From: Phoronis australis
Lineage: Eukaryota > Animalia > Phoronida
NCBI GenBank assembly: GCA_002633005.1
Contig: NMRA01000008.1
Span: 378,985-442,984 of the forward strand
Direction: 5' to 3'
Length of the DNA: 64,000 bases
The notes under the pieces were generated by a model. The model saw only the letters and a program-made list of their open reading frames with translations. It was not told the origin of the DNA and did no database searches. Both the position numbers and the translations under genes were made by a program. Below are positions 37,801 through 49,800 of this stretch, piece by piece (position 1 is the first letter of the stretch; every line of letters starts with the position of its first letter).

Positions 37801-40800
37801 AAGAGAATTTTTTCTTTATCTACCTACGACAATGGTGATACCACATGGCTTATAGACCTATCTACGGTAACAGAATATCCAAGCGGCCACATGATTTTCA
37901 TGAAAAAACTCAAAAGTTGCCCAAAACAAAAACAAAATAATTTAAAAAAACTAACATTTTTTTAGATTGCATCTTGAACAAAATTTGGTTATGTTATGCA
38001 TACCATGATTGCTAAATTATACTAAATAGACATGGATGGAAATATTGCTGAAAAGTTTAAAAACAAACTCAAAATAATTTCTATTTTCAGAAACTATATC
38101 TTTTACTGAGCTAATAATAGTATTGTAGATATTTGTCTCAATAAATAGACTTGTCCATGAGATCCTACTCAACCTTAATGCAAACCACCATGGTCTTTTG
38201 GAATAACGCACATCACCACGGGGTTGTGGAGCATACTGCTGTTCTTGTCAAGCTGTTGTTTCCAAGACCTAGCAAGGTTTCTTCTTTATTCCTTTTCCTA
38301 TTATTCTTCATATCGAAGTAAAAATAACGAGCTACAAAGCGCTTATCATTTGCCTGTGTAAAAGATGTTGAGGGTAAAGTTAGTCGAACCCTTCAGACTG
38401 AGGGCCAAAGTTATTGCTTGTTTCATCGATGTTATTGGAAAATGGTGCTGTGAAAACGTGCATGACTAATTTTTAATATGAATAATCATGCTTGTAACAG
38501 TGAGTGATGAAAATTTTTTTAACCCAAAAGTGCCATTGCTGACAGCGACACTCACTGATTTCTCTGATGACACTTAAGTTAGCCTTTCACACTGCAGTGA
38601 AGCGTAGACATTTACTTCCAAGTTGAGGTTATGATTTTAACTTGGCTACACTGATTGACCTTCCTCAACACAGAGCGTCAATGTTGGTCTGACAGGCCGG
38701 TTCAAATCGATATGGGACACTTTTACTTAAAGTCCTAGGACACTTTTACTTAAAGTCCTAGAAGGACACTTTTACTTAAAGTCTTAGAAGGACACTTTTA
38801 CTTAACAATAACAAAAATGTTTTAATAGCTGAATGTATTGCATATACTCACAGTGGACTCAGTGTTTAATATTTGGTGAACCGTTTGAATTCAAATATTT
38901 ACCCGTTTTCACTGTTGATGATATTAGAGAATGCAAGAAAATAAAAAATAACAGATGTATTGAGAGATAAGGAATTAGCGTGCAAGTTCCTCTTTAAAAA
39001 ATGAATTAAGGTGAGTTTTGGCAATACATTTTGCTAAAGTTGACAAGATTCTCATGTAATGACTTCCAAAGAATGCTGGTTGTTACTTACACCATTACAG
39101 TTATTTGTTGCTTGTTACAGTTCTAAAGCTTCAACCAGATGTGGCAGGGGCTACCTTCATGGCTGCCGGTAGTTCAGCGCCGGAGCTGGCTGCTGCGGTA
39201 ATCGGTGTATTTGTAGCTCAGGTAAGTGAATGTGTTTAAAAATGGGATTTTGGATTAGCAATAATTGAGCTCTGCACACTTTGATTGTAGTTTATAATTT
39301 ACGTATTTGAAAACCTCGAACCGGCATGGAAGTATAGATTGCAAAGTCTGGTTTTTACACCACCTGTTGGCCACATCGTGCGACCAACAGGTGGCGTGCA
39401 GACCAGACTTAAAACTTTGTGAATTTCATATACAATTCATGTTTTGCTAGTGCTATGTCGTGTATCGTGAGTGAGCTTAGATTGTCTTGGTGTATACAGT
39501 GTTGTTCGTGGGGCGTGATCCACAAAACAATATCAGCTGGTCTCAGTCTTGTCAAAAGTAACACAAAGTGATAGGCTGACGATATCATGAGTAGAGCGAA
39601 AGTTGGAGCCAAATTGGAAATGTTCTATATCTCAGACTACAAGTCGCTTACAGCTTTTGTGCTCAAAATCAAATCATGTTGGAACAGATGTCTATATACT
39701 CTCTGATAAGTGGTGTACAGCAGTCATAAAAATTTGCGTGGAACTGAAACGTCAAAAATTTTGATGTGTTGTTGGGCACTGGAAGTTGTTGAGAAAGGAA
39801 TGAAATATGACAAATTCTTGTTAGAAAAAACGAAGGAAAATTGAGTCCCAGACACAATCCTCTTGGTCATAGACTTTAACATAAGTGCAAAATTTCATGC
39901 GAATCCACACGAGCACTGAAGTGAAGCTAATGTTCAAGACTGCCAAGAGTATCAAAAATCTGATGGCCTGGAATGCCTTTTAATTGAAATCAGGAATCGT
40001 TCCAAACAAGTCGCACACTTGGCGAATACTCGTAAATAATGCGTTTGTAGAAACGTTATGGGTGGGAATAAGGTTTAGATTTTATACACACATGAGTGTT
40101 GCATCTTTGATTAAAAATCTATAAAGGTTGACACTTACCTTAATTGAGGAACACTTAATTGTAAGTTAAGTGTGTCATTTCAGACAGCGTGAAATTTAGT
40201 TTATTAAATTTGAGTTGGACAGTGCCTGATCCTCAGTCTGGAAAATGCCTTTTGAAATCGAGAAAGGACTGTGCACAATTATTGCCATTTTCATGAGCGT
40301 GCGTACTGTATGCTTTTCCCGATCCCTTTCCTGTAAAAAATGGCATTGTTTTTATAAGATCACCGTTTTTGTATCTGTCAATGAACCATTCATAATTATG
40401 ACCATTTTCACAATCGTACAAACCACATGTTTTTTCCAAACCTTTCTCTCCCCGAAAGCGTACATGAATGGAGATATGATATTTATAAGGTCTCTATATT
40501 TGTGTCTGTTAAACTGCAGGTGTGCTACAAAATTAAAAGCTGGTTATGTTGGTTAATAAATGTGGTATCAAAATAAAACATTGTTTTCAAACAAATCCTA
40601 GTGTGTTTTGTTTTGTGTGGTTGGATCTTGGCGACATTTCTGCAATTGGTTGTTTCATCATGTTTTTAGGTTGTGGATAAGCAGTAAAAAGTTAACTTCA
40701 TCTTTTAATTGGTATCACCATTTTTATGCACCCACATATTTATATGCTGTCATCCCCGTCCGTCTGTATGTCCGTCCGTCTGGCATCCGGTGTCCGGCGT

Positions 40801-43800
40801 CCGCTGCTCTATCTCCAAAATGCCTTGACGTAAATTCATGAAATTTTGCACATGTGTTCCTTTTGTAGATGAGACGGCATGAGCGAAATTTCGGACGGAT
40901 CCGACTACCGGTGTGCCCCCTAGTGGCAGTTTTAGTTTTTTACGTTTACCTCTGTATCTTCAAAAGTCCTGAACAGATTTTCATAAAGTTTGGTATGTAG
41001 GCACCTACTAGGGAGATGACGCTGTCCGTCCGTTTTTGTATGGATTCAATGTAGTTTGCGCCATCTAGTAGCCATTTTTACCGTTTTCGAGTCTGTTATT
41101 TTTGCGTCCACCCCTATATCAACCAAACCGCTTAAAGGATGATCGTGGAAATTGGCACGTATGTTCTTACTGTGAAGTGGATGGCTGACGATGATTTTCT
41201 GACGATTTCAACAACTGTTGCGCCTCCTAGTGGCATTTTTTTGCGCCTATGCCTTTATCTCCTAAACCGTTCGCAGGATCTTTACTAAATTTAGTAAGTG
41301 TATTTATATGATGATAACAACGAAGGACGACGACTTTCAGACGGATCTGACCACTGGTGTGCCACCTAGTGGCAATTTTATTTTTTTAGTTTACCTCTGT
41401 ATGGTCAAAGATCCTCAACGTATTTTCATAAAATTTGGCATACAGGCATCTGTTAATGAGGCGACACTACCCCTCCGTTTTCAGATGGATTCGACGTAGT
41501 TTGCACCACCTAGTGGCCATTTTTACTGTTTTTGGCATCCATCCCTTGATCAGCCAAGTCATTCTAAGGATGGTTTTGAAAATTGGCATATATATTCCAG
41601 TGTGAAGAAGACGTTTGATGATGGCGACTGACTACTGTGGCGCCTCCTAGTGGTAGTTTTGTTTTTCGCCCATAGCTGTTTCTCCAAAACCCACTGCATG
41701 ATCTTTATTGAATTTAATAAGTGAATTTATGTGAAGATAACAGACAACGACTTTCAGGCAGAATGAACCGATGCTGTGCCCACAAGTGGCAATTTCATTT
41801 TGTTCTATTTTCCTTTGTTTCACTGAAGTTCCTTGACAGTGTTTTATGAAATATGTCATGTTCCTGTTTTTCAGTGGATTGTCCGTTTTCACGCCATCTA
41901 TTGGCCATTTTTATGGTACAAATAACCCTAAAAGCACACCATTTGCGATGCATTCGTGTGGGTGCATTTCAACGCTCTGCGTTGCTCTTGTTATTAGGTT
42001 AAAATCATATGCTAATAGCAAGCCCTTTCGGACTCCCGCCAAAATTGCACAGTTTGCATGCTCATGAAAATGGTGATAATTGTGAACAGACCCTTACCAC
42101 GGTCATCCATGAGGGTGCAATGTGCCTTTAAAAGCAGTATTTGATTTTCAAATAATAGTGCTCAAATAACAGGGCATCTCCTTTGGATCTCGATGTGAGC
42201 GAGCAAACGCTCAAAAACACAAGTGCTCTACTCGTACCAGCACCAAGCAGATGTTCAGTGCATCGTTTTTCTAAAGTGCCTGAATAATTTCCATTTTCCG
42301 AATAATTTCCATTTTCCAAATACTTGCCCATGGGCTTTTCTATGGAAATTCCCGGTAGGAATTGATTTTAAAATGTCCATTTTTGCTTTAGATACTATCA
42401 AAAACAGGACTTCATGATTTTCATGCAAAATTTCATAAGTTGTGTAAAATGAAAAACGTGACAATTTAGGAAGAATAAAAGAAGCATTTTTAGGTTTTAT
42501 CTTGGATGTTTATGTCAAACAAAATCATGTTATTGATGTCATTCTTTATTACAAATGCTAAATTTTACTAAAAGACATAATCACAGAAATCAACGTGTTT
42601 TGGTCGTGATAGACCGGCCCGAAAGTCCTCCCCTCATTTTCGGGTCAATTGAAATTCCTGAGTAAACCACATGCCCTCATGAAGTTTTAGCTGAGGTTGC
42701 TTTGGTCAGATCAGCTGAGTTTGAAGTAACTTTAAGTATTACTATGCGGTAAAGCAGTTTCCTTTGTTTTGAATTTTATATCTGTTAAGAATTTAATTTA
42801 CACCTATAATTTCAAAGTAAATACACAGAAATTAAGGTGGGATAACGGTAAATCTGAGTTAAAATTCCTGAGAAAGTAACAAATTTCACAAATTTATGAA
42901 TTTGCAACGGTCTAATTTGCACAGTGCCACGGTATTCTAAGTAATCCGTTCTCGTCGGTGTTGGAGCACATGTGTGAACTGTAAAGTTTCGTCTTTTTTG
43001 CTGTTTCAAAATGAGAGCGACGGGTGACCGTGTTCAAGCAAATACATTTTTGTCGTAAAGCGAAAATCCTGATGAAAATCAACGCTAATTTCAAGAGTTA
43101 GCGATTTCGTCGGAAGTCATGGCAAAAATCCGGAAGGAAGTGGGACGAAAAATGGCACTACAATTGCTTAAAATTAACCGAAAGTATTTGCTTCAAAATT
43201 CCATCTACTTTTTCCACGAGAATTATCGTAAACTTCTGAAGACCATCACATCACAATCAATGCTGACCGTGACATAAATATTTGGTGGTTATATCATCCA
43301 CAAACACGCATGTGTTACAAGTTCTGTATCCGTGTTCCGTAAAAACGAATTGTAGAAAGAGTAATAACTACATTGGAGCGATCGAACGTTATAAACAACA
43401 GGTATGTTATAATGCGACTCGATTGTGCTTTTCCTGGACCTTCTAATTCAGTACATATTGTGTTAACTAAACAGACTTCTTGGAAAAATGCTGTACTGTA
43501 AACTAATGCCACCAAAAAACGTTTCATATATGAATGTTGTGTTGATGTTCAAGGCATCTCATCATTCACTTAAAATTAGTTCCATTGTCAGACCAGGCGT
43601 AATTATCATGTTTATTGCTCCCACTATTGCAATCGTTGATAAAAACGTATCAAGTTTATAGTACCTGTAACCCCTGAGATCCTGTCACGATCATTTCGTG
43701 TTACGTACGGATTCTCTACGCTCAGAAAATAATATACACTTTCACAGAGTTAAATTCTGTAGTTTTGTAGATAAGTGTCTATGTGCACAGACCAGTTGAT

Positions 43801-46800
43801 TAAGTTCTACATATCCTTAAGTGGAGTTACCATGTTTTGACAAGTTTGCAGCTTGTCATTATCATCATCAAACCTTGCCTAAACCTCAATATATTGCAGT
43901 TATGCAAAATAGATAATGTTAACAGGTGTTTGTTATATTCTGCCACAAACTTCACCATGACGTATTTACGTTTTTTAAAGAGACATTTGAGACTAATCTC
44001 GTCTGGATGTCACAAAAACAGATGGCCACAATACCCTGTTAATTGATGTATTACCAGGGGTGATTTCCATGTCTGGGTTAAACAAGTGGGCGTGGTTAGC
44101 CCTACTTGACATTGACTCTGCATCATAAAATGTGATAATTATGTTGGATTTGTTAAATTTCCACCTGATGCATTTTAACAAACACTTCCAAGTTGAGTTT
44201 TGTTTTTAGAATTTTTTTCTAGTAAGCTTCAGGGTCATAAATCTTAAGCAATCCGATTAAAAAGTTAAAACTCTATTTATTAGTTTAAAACATTTATTAT
44301 CTCGGAAGTGTTCAACAAACAAAACTGCTAAAACTGGGCGGTTTGCCTCTGACCTTACTTAGCACGTGCTCAGTGCAATTTTCCTGGTAAAAATTTTATC
44401 TGCAATGTAACGAAATGAAAACATTTAAAGATGTATTAGTGTGTGCTCCTAATTTTGCTCATGTACTGCAGGAACTTATAAGAACAATGCTATTTGAACA
44501 TCATCTAGGCTGAACAAAGTGCAATTGTATTAATTGACATCTTGTAAATGTGAAAACAAAAAAATTGTGCAAATAGATATCCTCTGCACTAATGTCGTGC
44601 CCCGCAGGCTCACATAGCCCACATCATGCAGTGTTATTCCCCAACACAACATTACGATACTTACTGGAGATGGTTGACTGATTTACGGTGGATCATTTTC
44701 ATTACAAAACTCGTTCTTAAAAACATTTGGCAATTTTCAAGGTACTTCATATTCATATAGTGGTTGTATGTTGTGTTTCTAATTTGATCCAAGCAATCAC
44801 AGAAATAATTAATTAGCATGCAAGTTCCACTTTAAGATTACTTAGTGTGAGTGTGGTATTGTGGGAAATATTGTATGAAGCTCAGTGTGGTATTGTGGGA
44901 AATATTGTACAAAGCGCCGTGTGGTATTGTGGGAAATATTGTATGAAGCTCAGTGTGGTATTGTGGGAAATGTTGTATGAAACTCCGTGTGGTATTGTGG
45001 GAAATATTGTACAAAGCTCAGTGTGGTATTGTGGGAAATATTGTATGAAACTCCGTGTGGTATTGTGGGAAATATTGTACAAAGCTCAGTGTGGTATTGT
45101 GGGAAATATTGTANGATGTTATTGCAAAATGGTGCTGTGAAAACGTGCATGACTAATTTTTTTAATATGAATAATCATGCTTGTAACAGTGAGTGACGAA
45201 GAAAATTTTTGTAACATAAAAGTGCCATTGCTGACGGCGACACTCACTGATTTCTCTGATGACACTTAAGTTAGCCTTTCACACTGCAGTGAAGCGTAGA
45301 CATTTACTTCCAAGTTGAGTTTGTGATTCTAACTTGATTACACTGATTGACCTTCCTCAACACGTAGCGTCAATGTTTGTCTGACAGGTCGGTTCAACTC
45401 GATATGGGACACTTTTACTTTAAGTCCTAGACGGACACCTTTACATAAGGGCCTAGAAGGACACTTTTACTTAAAGTTCTAGAAGGACACTTTTACTTAA
45501 AGTCCTAGAAGGACACATTTACTTAACAATAACAAAAATGCTAGCTGAATGTATTGCATATACTCAAATTGGACTGTGTTAGCTTTTTGGTGAACTGTTT
45601 GAATTCAAATATTTACCCGTTTTCACTGTTGATGATGTTAGAGAATGCAAGAAAATAAAAAATAACAGCTGTATTGAGAGATAAGGAATTAGCGTGCAAG
45701 TTCCTCTTTGAATTAAGGTGAGTTTTGGCAATATATTTTGCCAAAGTTGACAAGATTCTCATGTAATGACTTCCAAAGAATGCTAGTTGTTACGTTACAC
45801 CATTACAGTTATTTGTTGCTTGTTACAGTTCTAAAGCTACAACCAGATGTGGCAGGGGCTACCTTCATGGCTGCCGGTAGTTCAGCGCCGGAGCTGGCTG
45901 CTGCGGTAATCGGTGTATTTGTAGCTCAGGTAAGTGAATGTGTTTAAGATTGGGATTTTGGGTTAGCAATAATTGAGCTCTGCACACTTTGATTGTAGTT
46001 TATAATTCCACATATTACGTATTTGAAAACCTCGAACCGGCATGGAAGTATAGATTGCAAAGTCTGGTTTTTACACCACCTGTTGGCCACATCGTGCGAC
46101 CAACAGGTGGCGTGCAGACCAGACTTAAAAACTTTGTGAATTTCATATACAATTCATGTTTTGCTAGTGCTATGTCGTGTATCGTGAGTGAGCTTAGATT
46201 GTCTCGGTGTATACAGTGTTGTTCGTGGGGCGTGATCCACAAAACAATATCAGCTGGTCTCTTGTCAAAAGTAACACAAAGTGATAGGCTGACGATCTCA
46301 TGAGTAGAGCGAAAGTTGGAGCCAAATTGGAAATGTTCTATATCTGAGACTACAAGTCGCTTACAGCTTTTGTGCTCAAAATCAAATCATGTTGGAACAG
46401 ATGTCTATATACTCTCTGATAAGTGGTGTACGGCAGTCATAAAAATTTGCATGAAACTGAAACATCGAAAATTTTGGAGTGTTCTTGAGCACTGGAAGTT
46501 GTCGAGAAAGGAGTGAAATATCACAAATTCTTTAACTTAGAAAAAACGAAGGAAAATTAAGTCCCAGACACAATCCTCTTGGCCATAGACTTTAAAATAA
46601 GTGCAAAATTTCATGCGAATCCACTCAAACACTGAAGTGAAGCTAATGTTTAAGACTGCCAAGAGCATCAAAAATCTGAAGGCCTGGAATGCGTTTTAAT
46701 TGAAATCAGGAATCGTTCCAAACAAGTCGCACATTTGGCGAATACTCGTAAATAATGCGTTTGTAGAAAGGTTATGGGTGGGAATAAGGTTTAGATTTTA

Positions 46801-49800
46801 TACACACATGAGTGTTGCATCTTTGATTAAAAATCTATAAAGGTTGACAGTTACCTTAATTGAGGAACACTTAATTGTAAGTTAAGTGTGTCATTTCAGA
46901 CAGCGTGAAATTTAGTTTATTAAATTTGAGTTGGACAGTGCCTGATCCTCAGTCTGGAAAATACCTTTTGAAATCGAGAAAGGACTGCACAATTATCGCC
47001 ATTTTCATAAGCGTGCGTACGGTATGCTTTTCGTGATCCCCTTCCTGTAAAAAATGGCATTGTTTTTATAAGATCAGCGTTTTTGTATCTGTCAATGGAC
47101 CATTCATAATTATGTCCATTTTCACGAGCGTACAAACCACATGTTTTTTCCAAACCGTTCTCTCCCCGAAAGTGCACATAAATGGAGATATGATATTTAT
47201 TTGTGTCTGTTAAACTGCAGGTGTGCTACAAAATTAAATGCTGGTTATGTTGGTTAATAAATGTGGTATCAAAATAAAACTTTGTTTTCAAACAAATCCT
47301 ATTGTATTTTGTTTTGTGTGGCTGGATCTTGGCGATATTTCTGCAATTGGTTGTGGAAAAGCTGTAAAAAAGTTAACTTCATCTTTTAATTGGTATCACT
47401 ATTTTTATGCGCCCACATATTTATATGCAGATGCCGTCATCTCCGTCCGTCCATCCGTCCGTCCGTATGTCCGTCTGTCCGGCGTCCGGTGTCTGGCGTC
47501 CGCTGCTCTGTCTCCAAAACACCTTGACATATGTTCATGAAATTTTGCACGTGTTCCTTTTGTAGATAGGACGGCATGAGCAAAATTTCAGACGGATCCG
47601 ACTACCGGTGTGCCCCTAGTGGCAGTTTTAGTTTTTTACGTCTACCTCTGTTTCTTCAAAAGTCCTGAACGGATTTTCATAAAATTTGGTATATAGGCAC
47701 TTATTAGTGAGATGACGCTGTCCTCCCGTTTTTGGATGGATTCAACCTTGTTTGTGCCACCTAGTGGCCATTTTTACTGTTTTCGAGTCGTTTTTTTTGC
47801 GTCCACCCCTCTATCAACCAAACCGCTTAAAGGATGATTGAAAATTGGCACGCATGTTCTTACTATGAAGTGGATGGCTGACTATGACTTTCCAACGATT
47901 TTGACAACTGTGGCGCCTCCTAGTGGCTGGATTTTTTTGCACCTATGCCTTTATCTCCTAAACCGTTCGTAGGCTCTTTACTTAATTTGGTAAGTGTATT
48001 TATATGATGGTAACAACGAAGGACGACGACTTTCAGATGGATCTGACAACTGGTGTGCCACCTAGTGGCAATTTTATTTTTTTAGTTTACCTCTGTATGT
48101 TCAAAGGTCCTCAAAGTATTTTCATATAATTTGTCATACAGGCATCTGTTAATGAGGTGACACTACTTCTCCGTTTTCAGATGGATTAGACCTAGTTTGC
48201 GCCACCTAGTGGCCATTTTTACTGTTTTCGAGTTTTTTGGCATCCACCCCTCGATCAACCAAGTCATTCTAGGGATGGTTTTGAAAATTGGCATATATAT
48301 TTCAGTGTGAAGAGGACGTTTGATGATGGCGACTGACTACTGTGGCACCTCCTAGTGGTAGTTTTGTTTTGTTTTTCGCCCATAGCTGTATCTCCAGGAC
48401 CCACTGCTGGATCTTTATTAAATTTAATAAGTGAATTTATATGAAGATAACAGACGACGACTTTCAGGCGGAACGAACCGACCCTGTGCTGTTATATGAA
48501 ATTTGTCATGTTCCTGTTTTTGGATGGATTGTACGTTTTTGCCTCACCTTTTGGCCATTTTTATGATACAAATAAATAACCGTAAAAGCACACTATTTGC
48601 GATGCATTTGTGGGCGCATTTCAACACTCTGCGTTGTTATTGTTATGAGGTTAAAATTATATGCTAATAGCAAGCCCTTCCGGTCTCCCGCCAAAATTGC
48701 ACAGTTTGCATGCCCATGAAAATTGTGGTAATTGTGAACAGACCCTTACCACAGTCATCCATGAGGGTGCAATATGCCTTTAAAGGCAGAATTTGATTTT
48801 CAAATAATAGTGCTCAAATAACAGAGCCTCTCCTTTGGATCTCGACATGAGCGAGCAAACGCTCAAACCCGCAAGTGCTCTACTCGTACCGGCACCAAGC
48901 AGACGTTCAGTGCATCTTTTTGGTCCTCGCAGTTGCCGGTGAATGCTGTAGGCCTGGCGATCTTGTCCAGTGTTCTCCACAATCTGTTTTTAAGAAATCG
49001 TGTGTCCGTCAGTGTTAATAATTGCTGTTTAAACAATTCAATTAAGGGCAATAAAGCACTGGAGAGCCTGGAATTCAAGCTGAGTCAGAGAGTCCCACAG
49101 GTCACCCATGACCTATGAAATTAAGAGATTTTCCATTACCATAAGGCTAGTTGCTGATCTGATAAATTAATCGGTGCTCTCTAACCAGCATGTGTCTTAA
49201 AGAAGCTAAGTGTGCAATATTAAATAGAAGTTACATGTTGTATGAATACCCGCCATAATTCTAGTACTGACCTACCATGCAAATATCATCAAAGCTGTTA
49301 CAAACAAGATAAACCTAAGCGCAAACTCCCTCCATTTTTTCGCGCTATCAAACTTTTGCGACTCAAAACAAATGAAAAACTTCCTGTCAAAAAATTCCAT
49401 GAGGCATTGTTTGTTTGGGTCGAGCGACGTATTGATGATGCCTGAGACTGACGCAGAGCCACCAGAGGTCACATGTAGAAGACCTGTTACTTTAGCTTCA
49501 GATGTACATGTACAAGGCCTGGATGCGGTTCTTAAAACTGAGAGACAAGAATACAGTGTGTAGTATGAGAGGCTGTGGCAACGTTTAGTCCTGGTAAATG
49601 TCAATTTTAAGAATTCGGCCATTGCTAAATGCACTGTTGAAGACACTAGGAAGACAAAGTCCCCAGCGACCACTGAAACTGGAGACGACTCTTACTCTGA
49701 TGGACCCTGAATTTTCGAGTGAAATGGTCGAAAATACAAGTGGAGAAGAAAAATGAGTAAAAATACGGGAAGAAAGTTGGTGTCACTCATGCGGGCGCCG

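Larger units (their letters stand above)
38428..45113 (+). repeat. Duplicated block, copy A (contains NCKX exon 3); ends in minisatellite at N gap
   Basis: Sequence from 38428 (gatgttattggaaaatggtgctgtg) restarts at 45115, immediately after the n at 45114. Confidence 0.95.
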
